Shown: positions 42,497 through 53,119 of the stretch, piece by piece
Layout: every line of letters begins with the position of its first letter
How positions within the stretch are numbered: the first letter of the stretch is position 1
Assembly (NCBI GenBank): GCA_963717465.1
Contig: OY970340.1
Location: 2,752,001-2,816,000, forward strand
Direction: 5' to 3'
Length of the DNA stretch: 64,000 nt
Origin: Candidatus Bathyarchaeota archaeon
Lineage (GTDB): Archaea; Thermoproteota; Bathyarchaeia; Bathyarchaeales; Bathycorpusculaceae
Position numbers and translations under genes: made by a program
Notes under the pieces: model-generated
What the model saw: the letters and a program-made list of their open reading frames with translations, nothing else
Told to the model about the DNA's origin: nothing
Database searches by the model: none

Positions 42497-43273
42497 TTGG
42501 AAATAATCAAGAAATTAGAAAATAAGGTGTCTATTATAACGGGCGCTGGTTCAGGCATTGGAGAGGCAATTGCGATATTGTTTGCTTCTGAAGGCAGTAA
42601 GGTCATTGCAACTGACATTAACCAGAAAAGGCTTGATTCCCTTAAAGATCAAATCAAACAGATCGGTGGAGAAGTAACAACTCTTCTCTCAAATGTAGCT
42701 AAGGGAGAAGATGTGGAAAACATGATAAAAGTAGCAGTTGATACCTATGGGACTTTGGATATTTTGGTAAACAATGCGGGCATTAGTGATAATTATGGTG
42801 CAGTACACGAAGTTGATGACGCACTGTTGGAAAAAATTTTGAAAGTCAATTTTGAAGGTCCATTTAAAGCTATGCGTAGCGCTATCAAAAACGTGTTTTT
42901 GCCAAAAGGATCTGGCGTGATTATTAATACTATTTCAAAAGGCGGTCTTAGCGGGGGCGCAGCTGGTGCAGTGTACGTTGCAAGTAAACATGCGTTAACG
43001 GGATTAACAAAAAATACTGCATTCTTATACCGTAATTCAGGTATACGATGTAATGGATTAGCTCCTGGCGGAGTCAAAACGAATATTCAAGAATCAACAG
43101 ATCCAGACAAAATGGGCATATTTGCTGATTCGATTGCTGCTGGACTCGCTTTGAACCCAAGACCAGCCGACCCAGAGGAAATAGCGAGAGTTGCATTATT
43201 TTTAGCAAGTGACGATGCTTCGTTCGTTAACGGCGCAATTATTCCAATCGATGGCGGTTGGAGCTCATATTAA
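42497..43273 (+). CDS. Short-chain dehydrogenase/reductase
   Basis: TGAGSGIG, NNAG, YVASK, IDGG. Confidence 0.92.
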   Translation: MEIIKKLENKVSIITGAGSGIGEAIAILFASEGSKVIATDINQKRLDSLKDQIKQIGGEVTTLLSNVAKGEDVENMIKVAVDTYGTLDILVNNAGISDNYGAVHEVDDALLEKILKVNFEGPFKAMRSAIKNVFLPKGSGVIINTISKGGLSGGAAGAVYVASKHALTGLTKNTAFLYRNSGIRCNGLAPGGVKTNIQESTDPDKMGIFADSIAAGLALNPRPADPEEIARVALFLASDDASFVNGAIIPIDGGWSSY

Positions 43274-43391
43274 AAATCCGCTCCATGCGCACAGAAAAGG
43301 AAATATCCCAATTTCATTCTATTCAATCGTTCGGCGAAATTTTTTGATTTCAACGTTCATTACTTATTTTAACCTAATGATCCAATATCAA

Positions 43392-44408
43392 TTAAGTCCT
43401 TTTAAACGCTCTTAAACTTTGGAGTTTTTTGTTGTATACACCAGGCATTAATTCTGTAACTGAATAGCCGACGAGTTGACCGTTTTTGTTTTTTATTTCT
43501 GCGAGTAATTCGAAGAAGAACAAATTGAACTGGCCATCAATTTTGGGGGTAATCGTATACTCCTCCTCTTTTACGCCCTTCATCTTTAACTTCCAGCCTT
43601 TGGAAAACTTGTAGCCACCAGCCTCGGTGAAGCCAAGTGGCTCAATGGCGTAGTTGTTCAATCGTCGGTATTTTCCAAATTTATCTATGAAAGTGCCGTC
43701 GTAGTAGTTATCCTGCGGGAAGCAGAAGAGCATGATTTCTTCGTTGTCAAAGAAACGCATGGAAAACCACTCCCAATTGACATAGCGATTGGTGATTGTA
43801 TATATTCCGCCCTGTTTGTCGAGCCAAGATTTGCCCGTTAAATTAAACTCTTTACCATCCAGAGTGAGCTTTCCCGTTGAAGCTAAATTTGTATAGGAGT
43901 AATAATAGGTCGTCTGCTTTGGGTCATTGATAAGGCCCATTTTTAGTATGCCGTCTTCGCAGTGCCACACTGGCGGTTTGATGGCGTTCATGTGCACGTT
44001 CAGTGAGTAGTTTTTGCCTGTCATGCGAAGTTCCATTTGACCCTTGCTGGCCACCTCATTCTTGCTGAATACTATTTCTGCTACGTTACCAAACGCGATT
44101 CTGTTAGCCGAAATTATTACGCCTTTACCAAAAAAGGCAGTTTTCTGTTCGTAGTAATGTTTGCCGGTTTCAAAGTCAGTTAAAGAGGTCAATAGCATAT
44201 GGAATTTTATGCCATAAACTTTTATCTTGGCGAGTGTGAACTGGAAACCGAACAACCGACCGGATTCATCGCTTAAATAACCAGTGTTATACCACCATTC
44301 GGCACCTTTTCGATGAGTAAGGAACTCCTCATCCATAGTGGCGTGGGGAACACCAGGTGATGTTGTATATTGTATGTTTTTCATAAAGACCCTTTCTCTG
44401 CTTTGCAT
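43392..44408 (-). CDS. Lipocalin-like AttH/CrtC (carotenoid 1,2-hydratase-like) protein
   Basis: H...AEWWY.TGYL, FGFQFT, TYYYSYT, GKSWLDKQ, WEWFS. Confidence 0.8.
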   Translation of the reverse strand: MQSRERVFMKNIQYTTSPGVPHATMDEEFLTHRKGAEWWYNTGYLSDESGRLFGFQFTLAKIKVYGIKFHMLLTSLTDFETGKHYYEQKTAFFGKGVIISANRIAFGNVAEIVFSKNEVASKGQMELRMTGKNYSLNVHMNAIKPPVWHCEDGILKMGLINDPKQTTYYYSYTNLASTGKLTLDGKEFNLTGKSWLDKQGGIYTITNRYVNWEWFSMRFFDNEEIMLFCFPQDNYYDGTFIDKFGKYRRLNNYAIEPLGFTEAGGYKFSKGWKLKMKGVKEEEYTITPKIDGQFNLFFFELLAEIKNKNGQLVGYSVTELMPGVYNKKLQSLRAFKRT

Positions 44409-44500
44409 TTACATGACTGCTATTTTGTCTTTCCATTAGCTGAGCGCTTAAAGCGGTGAAGCGCAAGAGTTGAAAGCCTAGTTTTTTAGTAAAACTCAGA

Positions 44501-44545
44501 ATATTTAAGTTAAATCAAAAGCAAAATTCAACTTCACGCCACAAA
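44501..44545 (-). promoter_or_regulatory. TTTGTGGC-N28-CTTAAATAT promoter motif upstream of the AttH-like gene
   Basis: Inside the 44498-44622 partial repeat. Confidence 0.65.
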
Positions 44546-44722
44546 ACAAGACAAAACAATGCAACAAATAAACAATTAATGCAAAAAAGACAAAAACATA
44601 ATACAAATTATCCAACACAACTTTAGACTTAATGTTGTATTGGCATATAAATTAAAAAATTAAAAGTAAATAGGAAAATTTTTAATGAAGAAATTCTTTA
44701 AATAATTTATTGACAACCTTGC

Positions 44723-44829
44723 AGGTAGTGGCTACCCGTGATAAATAAGAGAGTAGGAGATTGATTGAAAACCTCTCTTGTAGCCACTACCTAGGTGAAT
44801 AACGCGTGACTCGGAAGCCACGCGTGATT
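44723..44829 (-). ncRNA. Candidate two-hairpin small RNA, copy 2
   Basis: 10-bp stem 44802-44825 with compensatory changes relative to copy 1; perfect 13-bp inverted repeat 44723-44735/44780-44792. Confidence 0.45.
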
Positions 44830-45102
44830 TAACAGACAATCCTTTAGAATATTTAAGTTAAATCAAAAGCAAAATTCAACTTCACGCCACAAAACAAGAC
44901 AAAACAATGCAACAAATAAACAATTAATGCAAAAAAGACAAAAACATAATACAAATTATCCAACACAACTTGCACACACAAATAACCTTAAAAAACAAGG
45001 ATCAAGTCACCTAACAGCACCATAACAAAGACATTATCTAAATCCCATTTAAGCAGACGATGCCAGCCAAGAAAAAATCTGCACAATTCTGAAATCATCG
45101 AA
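44779..45102. repeat. About 325-bp non-coding direct repeat, copy 2
   Basis: Homologous to 41696-42037; its core is duplicated essentially exactly at 44498-44622. Confidence 0.9.
44849..44893 (-). promoter_or_regulatory. TTTGTGGC-N28-CTTAAATAT promoter motif upstream of candidate sRNA copy 2
   Basis: Same motif and spacing. Confidence 0.65.
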
Positions 45103-45282
45103 TTTTTCTGTCGTATCATTTTATAAGCGACAAAGAATTCAACCTAAATTAAAAATCGATTTTTACTAGCCTTAATGGTGTTTACTAAGAAACTCACTGT
45201 TTATCGAATCTAACTTAATTTTAACTCTTCAGGAAGATTAATAACAAAGAAAAAAGAGAAAAAATAATGATTTGTTTTCGAC

Positions 45283-47584
45283 TTATGATATGTTGGCTGA
45301 ATATACCTTTCCTAAGTTTGCTTTAAAGCACCATGCTCCTAATTCAGGGCTTAGATGATCTGGGCTGTCTGGCACTGTGACGTTGATGTTCCAATCTGCC
45401 CATCCGTACAGCGTTGGCTCCTCAGCCGGCAATTCAGGTCTCCACCAGCCATGTTCTGGATCAATTACCTTAGGATTGACACCAAAGTCATACTTTACCG
45501 TTTGTCTGCATCTGCCAAGCGGCGACTCAATATAGACCCATTCACCGTCACCAATACCCATGTTTCGCGCAGTTAGCGGATGAATCTTTATACGTGGAAC
45601 AGGCCTAAGCTTGCGCATCAAGCTGATGTGCCGCAGCTCGCCGTGATGTCCCTCTTGGAATCTGGCCCCTGTGGTCATGATTAATGGATAGTCCTTAGCA
45701 ATATCAGGTGCACTAAACGGCGTCCAAGCAGCTTCCGTATAATATGGCAACGGATCAAAGTCAAGCTTCTCCAAGATTGTGGAATAAAGCGAGACCTTCC
45801 CCTCAGGAGTACCAAAGCCTCTCATTAAGCCAGTTTCTGGATCGATTTCCTCGTACTTTTTGTACTTTGGTTCATATGGTGTTTCACCCTTCCAATCTTC
45901 GACAACTTGTTTGCGTGTCCAGCCCGCGGGCTCATAGAACCAGTCCTGAAGATCTTCCAAAGTCTTGGCACTCCACGCCTTTTCAGCTTTTTCAGGAACA
46001 ACGCGAAATGCGAGTTCACGGAAAACATCAAAGTCATCTTGAAGATCCCACAAGCCTGGTATTTTCTTTGGCAATGCACGATCACCTGCAATCTCGTACT
46101 CAATAGGACCCTGACCTGAAATCGTTGAATAACCTGAAGGTCTCTCAAATTGACTAGTCGTAGGCAACACGTAATCTGCCAGCATGGCTTCAGGCGTCAT
46201 TTGAGCATCTTCGATAAACACGAAGAGGTCAAGTTTTTGGAGAGCCTGATAAACCTTCTTTATGTTAGGATAGGTTCTAATAGGACCTGTTTCAACGGCA
46301 ATCATCGCTTTGATAGGGTAGGGTTTGTCCGTTAGTATTGTTTCTATGGTGGAAGGCCAATTTGGACCAGGAGTTCCAATCGCAGGAGCACCCTTCCAAT
46401 ATCCTTTGTCCATTCCTGCCTCCATAAGATAAGGAATTATCGCAGTTGTTTGAGCCCTATATGTATCCGCTCCTATTTGTCTCGTCATCATACTTGGATC
46501 CATCGATGTCAATACCATCATCACAGCCTCTAAAACAGTATGTTGTTTCGGTCTTGCATGGAGGTATTCACCACCTTCTACGTCAATGTTGCCCGTTATT
46601 GCGGCTATCATGTACTTGGAACGAACATTACTCATAGAGTTTCTGCCTGCTGATTCGATGGCGTAACCGTATGGAAAGCCGCATGGATAATTTTTAGCTA
46701 TCGAACCTAGCTGCTTCTCTAATTTTCTCAGCTGGAACCCAAGTTACTTCTGCTACCTTTTCGGGAGTATACTGCTTGGTGCGTTCCTTAAGCTTATCGA
46801 ATCCAAAACACCATTTTTCTACAAACTCCTTATCATAGAGTCCTTCCTCAATGATAACATTCATCAAAGACAGCATTAGAGCTGAGTCGGTACCGGGTCT
46901 AACCGCCAACCACATCTCAGATTTTCTTACAGTCTCTGTATATCGTGGGTCGATACAGAGCATTTTGGCGCCTCCTTCTATGGCTTCAACATATCTTGGC
47001 CACGCATATGTCCAAGATTCTGAAGCATTTACACCAATTGCAAAGATACCTTTCGATTTTCCGGGTATCATCATCGGATATGTTACGCCCACGCCGAAGT
47101 TTAACTCCAACCCCGTCGACGTGGGTCCATATCAGTGCTGAACTTGACCAGAACCAACGTTCGGCGTGCCCATTAAAACAAGGGATTGTCCCAGTGGCAC
47201 ACCAGCGGATGTAGAACGTCCGGTGCCCATAAAGCCGCATAACGATTCTGGACCGTATTGTGCCTGGACTTCTTTTATTTTAGCAGATATTTCAGTATAC
47301 GCCTGCTCCCAAGATATCTGTAGCCATTTGCCTTCTCCTCGCTTGCCTACACGTTTTAAGGGATACATTATCCTATCTTTATGGTAGATATACTCAAGAC
47401 TGTACTTCCACTTCTGACAGTATGGTCCAGGGTTGAATGGGCTATCCCAATCAGGTTCAACTTTAATGATTTTTCCATTTTCAACCGTTTCAAGCAATAA
47501 GCAACTCCCAGTACTACAAAAACCGCAGATACATCTATGTACTCCATCGTATTTCGTTGGGTCTTCAACTTTTTCACTCATCAT
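45283..47584 (-). CDS. Molybdopterin (bis-MGD) oxidoreductase with N-terminal 4Fe-4S cluster (indels near 47135 and 46690)
   Basis: CGFCSTGSC...YCQK, DRIMYPLKRVGKRGEGKW, IDPR, RPGTD, ADYVLP, YPLIMTTGAR, IHP. Confidence 0.88.
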
Positions 47585-47636
47585 CTAATCTCCTTCATAA
47601 ATTATAACAAATTGTTGAAGGGTATGACCGCGATGA

Positions 47637-47681
47637 ATATTTAAGATTAGATTATTAGCTATTATCATATTTCGCCACAAA
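47637..47681 (-). promoter_or_regulatory. TTTGTGGC-N28-CTTAAATAT promoter motif upstream of the molybdopterin oxidoreductase
   Basis: Same motif and 28-nt spacing with an unrelated spacer sequence. Confidence 0.72.
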
Positions 47682-47944
47682 ATGAAGACTTAATTGAAGT
47701 ATGCTTTCATTTTTGTTGCGTTAAGAGCATTCTTCTGAAAACAAAAAATAACTTACCTTTCTGGGTTTTTCTGTCCATTCTTAACAAAAGAATAAGCGCA
47801 TTATTAATTTGAATTAAGAGATTTAACTGGACATATTCAATCAATTTTTACTTTAGTAAACTTTAGTATACAGTTAGTTCTCAAGAATGGCTGAAAATAG
47901 ATTTCAATAGAGAAAAAAGAAAAGATGATGTCTCGGTATGAAGT

Positions 47945-49919
47945 TTAAAGTTGCCGTGCCAGTATGTGACCGTCGTATACGGCGTCGCCGATGTTGTGAG
48001 GACTGTTAGCATCGCCTATGCGATAGACTTTTTTGCCTTGCTCCTTCAATTTCCAGAATAGTTCATCATTGGGTCTCTTGGATACGCAGAACACAACTGT
48101 GTCAGCTTCCTCTTCAAACATTTCATGCGTGAAGCTGTTCATGAAGCCAACTTTATTTCCATTTACGTAAGTAAGCAGCGCCATCGGATTTAGCTTTACA
48201 CCTTTTGAAAGAGAACGCTCAAACAAATTACTAAACTGCATAGTCATGAAGATATCTTGACCTCCGACAAATGGACCCGAGGTCCTGACATCAACAGTCT
48301 TACCAGCATCAGCCAACATTTCAGCAATACCAAAAGGTTCATCATAACCGATAGCGTCCCAAACGATAACTTTCGGTCCAAGCTTCGCAATGTCAGCTTT
48401 ACCCGCAAGTATATCTTCCGCTGATACCACATTCTTCTGATCCCAACCATCTATAGTATTAAACATAGCTGAATTGAAACCATCACGGAAAGGCCTAGTC
48501 TCCAGCAGCAACCACTACAACATCCGGATTCACGCTTGCAACAAGTTCAGGCGTAACCTCTTTATTAAGGACAACTTTAACTCCTGCTTTATCAACCTGT
48601 ATTTTAAGCCATCTCTTGAAACCATCGTACTCCATTCTTCCCGGAAGCTTCATTGCCAAATTAATCGCTCCACCAGTATCATTTTCTTTTTCATAAACTG
48701 TGACATTATGACCTCTAGCGGCTGCAATTCTAGCAAATTCTAATCCAGCTGGACCAGCACCAGCAACCATTATGTTCAGCTTCTTAGCAGCAGGCGTTAG
48801 TGTTCCTATTCCCAAAGTCTTCTCTTCACCGCAAGTGGGATTTACGGTACAGACCAGACAACCTGTTTTCATGCAACCTTCATTTTCATATATACAGGGT
48901 CTTATGTCATCTAGTCTTCCTGCTTTTGCTTTATTTGCGAATTCAGGATCAGCTATCTGACCGCGGGTTATACCTATAACATCAGCTTTGCCTTCCGCTA
49001 AAATTTTTTCAGCGAACATTGGGTCGTTGATTCTACCTACGCAACCGATGGGTATTTTCTTTACAACCTCTTTAACCGCTACTGTGCCGTACAATTGATA
49101 GCCAGGTTCTACGTACAGCGGCGCGACTATAACATTCAACAATGCTGGCTCGACTGCAATGTCGATATCAAGCATATCGACCTTGTCCTCCAGTTTCTTT
49201 GCGACTTCTACACCATCCATAACTGATATTCCACCAGGAACAAACTCATCAACACAAAGCCTAAGAATTACTGCAACGTCACTCCCAGCAGCCTCTCTAC
49301 TTCTTTTAATAGCTTCATAAGTGAACCTCAAACGACTTTCCAAATCTCCACCCCACTTATCCGTCCGCTTGTTCATTAGAGGAGACATAAACTGGTGCAC
49401 CATGCCTCCATGATCATGTATTTCGATACCATCCATTCCTGCCTTTTTTGCCATAGCGGTAGCTTTGCCGAATCCTTCAAGCACAGACTCTATTTGCTCC
49501 TCAGTCATCTGTGCAGCTGTAATTCTCGGATCTCCTGGATCTACAAGGACGGATGGAGCCCACCTACCTAGCCACATTCCGTAAGCGCCAATTTGATAGA
49601 TGATTTTTGACCCGTATTTGTGAACAGTGTCAGTCAGTTTTTTGAACGTGGGCAGATTTATTGGATCGGTGCCACGTGACGCCCCAGCCAAAATGCCATT
49701 ATTGTGTTTACAGTTCTCGGAGTAGAAGACTGAACCGTTTCCGTAGGTTATTAGTCCACATCCGCCTTTTGCTCTTTCGCCCAGATAGTATACTATGTCT
49801 TCTTTTGCTATGCCGTCTGCTATGAATGCAGTCCCATGACCAGTCAGCATTATTCGGTTTGGAATTGTCATCGGTCCTATTTTCAACGGAGAGAAAAGAT
49901 ACTTAAATTTCACACTCAT
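47945..49919 (-). CDS. NADH:flavin oxidoreductase, TMADH/2,4-dienoyl-CoA reductase-like (indel near 48500)
   Basis: AGMDGIEIH, NKRTDKWGG, PCIYENEGC...CTVNP, GAGPAGLEFARIAA, IGDA. Confidence 0.88.
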
Positions 49920-49936
49920 CCTTAATTACCTCCTTT

Positions 49937-51298
49937 TTACCCCCAAGCTGGGTAATCAAAACCCATATCCTTGAATTCCTTCGTCACTTTTTTATAAAGA
50001 TCCATATAACTCGGTTTGACTTTCAGAGTTTCCGGGTCATAGAAGTCATAGAGACTCTGCTGCTTAATCTCAGTTAAAGGCAAAACATTAGGAGTATACT
50101 TTTTAAGCAGATCTTTTATTACTCTGACCCCTTCGCTTACCTTTATTCCTGCAGCTGCTCTTGTTATTTCACTTCCCCATCTTTCATCTAAAGCTGGCAA
50201 ACCACCGACCGTCCACATCCCTTCCATACCAGATATGCAAGCAGTGATGCAGCTGCATGCTGTTGCATACCAGCAATTATCAGTAGCATTCTGCGCAAGC
50301 AAACCTAACCCACTCGAAATCCATGGCACCTTAATGTTTCTCTCCGCGGCCAAAGCCATCGCCGAGTTACACCAGAAAACATCCGCACCATCATATCGGT
50401 TATCAATTGTTTGGTTCATCGCTTGAGTGAATGAACCATCCGAATAAGCCATCTGACCCAGCGAGTGAGCCATCCCCTCAATAGCTGCTTCTTCAGGAGA
50501 AGTAATATATGCGTACAGTGTAGGACTACAACTCTGCCATGGAATGATTCCGTGCTGCATAGCAAAATAAGCAAGATTAACTCTGTCAAGAACAATCCTC
50601 ATGTCCTGCAATATGTGTATTGGCATCATGCAATTCTTGTTCGTGTAATAGCCAGGGTCAAAAGCCTGAACTAACGCAATCATACTAGTTGCAGTCATAG
50701 GTATACCTAACAACATGCCAGGCCTTCCAGCAGCACGTGCAGCCGCATTCATCAACTCAGCTTCAGTATGAACCACAAGTGTTTCAGTAGGTGTCCCAGC
50801 TGTCGGTCTCTGACCAAAAGTCGCCTCAACTGGCGTCGGTATCAATCCATCCGTCGTCGGTTCCCGGGCAACGAGATAAGCTGCGTCCCTCCACTGTCCT
50901 ATGTCACTGCCCATCCAGCCGGCCATATTTAAGCAGTAGGGATGCTGTTTATCCTCCGGACCTCTTGGAACCATCTTTATTTTGTCCCTGCCCGATCCAA
51001 ACTCTTCCTTGCACTTTCTTGTCTTAACAATCTCTCTAAGTTCATTTTCATTGAATTTGACTATATGCTTTGTATCTTTGCAGTACAATCCACATTGGCA
51101 CAGCACTTGTATCGCTGCTTCGAAAATGGCATCAGCCATAGACGCGTCAGTCAGTATTGGCTCGCCATCCCATTTAATCTTGTAGTCTTCAACGAGCTTC
51201 TTAATTATCGTTGGGAAATATGTGTTTTCAAATTCTTCTTCTTTCATTATTGGACCTGTTCTAGTTCTTTCTAAGACTTCCCACAATAGATGCCCCAT
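49937..51298 (-). CDS. Monomethylamine:corrinoid methyltransferase (MtmB) homolog without pyrrolysine
   Basis: RTRTGP, ADAIFEAA, GLYCKDTKHIVKF, AGRPGM, YDPETLK family motifs; no in-frame TAG. Confidence 0.85.
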   Translation of the reverse strand: MGHLLWEVLERTRTGPIMKEEEFENTYFPTIIKKLVEDYKIKWDGEPILTDASMADAIFEAAIQVLCQCGLYCKDTKHIVKFNENELREIVKTRKCKEEFGSGRDKIKMVPRGPEDKQHPYCLNMAGWMGSDIGQWRDAAYLVAREPTTDGLIPTPVEATFGQRPTAGTPTETLVVHTEAELMNAAARAAGRPGMLLGIPMTATSMIALVQAFDPGYYTNKNCMMPIHILQDMRIVLDRVNLAYFAMQHGIIPWQSCSPTLYAYITSPEEAAIEGMAHSLGQMAYSDGSFTQAMNQTIDNRYDGADVFWCNSAMALAAERNIKVPWISSGLGLLAQNATDNCWYATACSCITACISGMEGMWTVGGLPALDERWGSEITRAAAGIKVSEGVRVIKDLLKKYTPNVLPLTEIKQQSLYDFYDPETLKVKPSYMDLYKKVTKEFKDMGFDYPAWG

Positions 51299-51320
51299 AT
51301 TTTTTCACCTTTTTCCTTCT

Positions 51321-53039
51321 TTACTCCTTTGCGATTTTTTTTCCAGCTATGTAACCCATCGTTATTGCAGGTCCTATTGTAGACCCGCCGGCTGGATAAC
51401 CCCAGCCTAAAACGCATCCCGTGTTGTTCCCAGCTGCATACAGACCAGCTATCGGTTTATTGTCATAATCAAGCACCTGCGCGTTCTTGTTTATCGCTAC
51501 GCCTCCTGCAGTGCCAAGAACACCAGGAAGAACTGGAATAGCGTAAAATGGGGGTGTTTTTAGAGGTCCAACAGCTGGATTGGAACCTTTATAGAATTTA
51601 TCTCCATAGAGCTTATCATACCAGCTTTCGCCACGATGAAACTCTGGATCCACACCTTTCTCAGCAAACTTGTTAAAGTTCTTTACCGTTTCTTCCAATC
51701 CGTCAGGGTCTATGCCCGCCTTTTCAGCCAACTCCCTTAGAGTGTTGGCTTTTACAAACGGTGGTGTTTTCAGTTCTTCATCTGGAGGAGTTTGTGCCAC
51801 CAAATGGGCTTTATGGCAAGCTTCATCAACAATCATATAAGCAGGAAAATTTGACCACTCATGCTTAACTGCATCATAATTACCGAATACTCTCATAACA
51901 CTTCTATAGTTTGTACATTCATTCGTGAACCGTTTTCCATACTTATTAACCCATATACAGCCCGGGGCGCCTTTGTCATACAGAATGATTCTGTAAGAAG
52001 GCTTTCCTTCGTATGAATCTCCAGGGAAGGAAATTGTTGGGAACCACCATGCATCCTGCATCTGTGACATTTGAGCTCCAACTAACATTCCCATGCGTTG
52101 ACCGTCTCCAGTATTAACTGGTGGAGATACAGGTCCAGCCATTGGCCCTCTTGTAAAGTTCTTCGTAAATAGCGGGTTCCATTCGAAGCCTCCAGCGCAT
52201 AAGATTACTCCTTTTCTAGCCTGAATTGCTAATTCTTTTCCGTTATTTTCTGCAATTACGCCTACAACTCGCCCATCTTCGACTACTAAACGCCGGGCTA
52301 CGGTTTCAGTCATTATGTCGATTTTATTATCATAACATGACCAAGCCAGTGCTGCTATTAATGCAAGCCCCATGGCAACAATATTATTGTTCCCTCTTTC
52401 CAGTATGACGCCCATGTCCCATGCACCAGGGACAACAATCGTATTAAGTCCACCCCACTTGTCATTTTCATCAATTAGAATTGGAAAGCCTTGAGGCGCC
52501 ATTCGAAGCATTTCGACCACCTTAGCGGGCATATTTTTACAGTCAATTAGTTGAGGTTCTATAGTTCTACCTGCTCTTACCGCACCATCCCATTCTGGGT
52601 AATATTCAGGCATAAACCTAGTATGAGCCCATTTCAGATGCGTATTGTCTTCGAGATAGTCAGCTGCCTTCCATGCAGTATCCACATAAGTTTCTATGAG
52701 TTCATCAGTTGAATATCCTAGTGAGCAGTTTTTTGCATACCTTATTGCCATCTGTCGGCCTTCTTCGTTATCGATCCGTTTCCAATTCCAGACTTTCTTT
52801 ACTGGATCCCAAGCCTCCACTTTGAAGCCCATTCTAAGGAATTTATTGTTAGGTACCCACGCACCACCTCCTGAAAAAGTTGTGGCTCCACCAATCTGAT
52901 CAGTCTTCTCCAGCACAACAACCTTTTTCGCTCCTTCAATAGCCGCCACGTTAGCCGCCGTTAAACCAGCAGCTCCAGATCCCACCACTGTTACATCGGT
53001 TTCAATGTCCCATTTTTTAATATTATTTTTTGAATCCAT
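51321..53039 (-). CDS. FAD-dependent oxidoreductase, 3-ketosteroid-delta1-dehydrogenase/flavocytochrome c family
   Basis: VVGSGAAG, GGATTFSGGGAWVPNN, GGFEWN, NTGDG, DPEFHRGE, GYPAGGSTIG. Confidence 0.85.
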   Translation of the reverse strand: MDSKNNIKKWDIETDVTVVGSGAAGLTAANVAAIEGAKKVVVLEKTDQIGGATTFSGGGAWVPNNKFLRMGFKVEAWDPVKKVWNWKRIDNEEGRQMAIRYAKNCSLGYSTDELIETYVDTAWKAADYLEDNTHLKWAHTRFMPEYYPEWDGAVRAGRTIEPQLIDCKNMPAKVVEMLRMAPQGFPILIDENDKWGGLNTIVVPGAWDMGVILERGNNNIVAMGLALIAALAWSCYDNKIDIMTETVARRLVVEDGRVVGVIAENNGKELAIQARKGVILCAGGFEWNPLFTKNFTRGPMAGPVSPPVNTGDGQRMGMLVGAQMSQMQDAWWFPTISFPGDSYEGKPSYRIILYDKGAPGCIWVNKYGKRFTNECTNYRSVMRVFGNYDAVKHEWSNFPAYMIVDEACHKAHLVAQTPPDEELKTPPFVKANTLRELAEKAGIDPDGLEETVKNFNKFAEKGVDPEFHRGESWYDKLYGDKFYKGSNPAVGPLKTPPFYAIPVLPGVLGTAGGVAINKNAQVLDYDNKPIAGLYAAGNNTGCVLGWGYPAGGSTIGPAITMGYIAGKKIAKE

Positions 53040-53074
53040 TTTTCATCACGTTGTATATTCATGCCTTTTAGAAG

Positions 53075-53119
53075 ATATTTAAGGTAAATCAGATTCTGAT
53101 TTCAGCTTCTCGCCACAAA
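53075..53119 (-). promoter_or_regulatory. TTTGTGGC-N28-CTTAAATAT promoter motif upstream of the KstD-like/MtmB-like/OYE operon
   Basis: TATA about 36 nt upstream of ATG 53039; same 28-nt spacing. Confidence 0.75.

Noticed and set aside
41696..45102. Repeats as a CRISPR array
   Set aside because: Only 2-3 long, irregularly spaced copies, no short repeat-spacer periodicity, and no cas genes in the window
45283..47584. Specific call as acetylene hydratase or formate dehydrogenase
   Set aside because: Only family-level motifs are visible; the acetylene hydratase Asp next to the Fe-S Cys motif is absent (CGFCSTGSC) and there are no partner subunits
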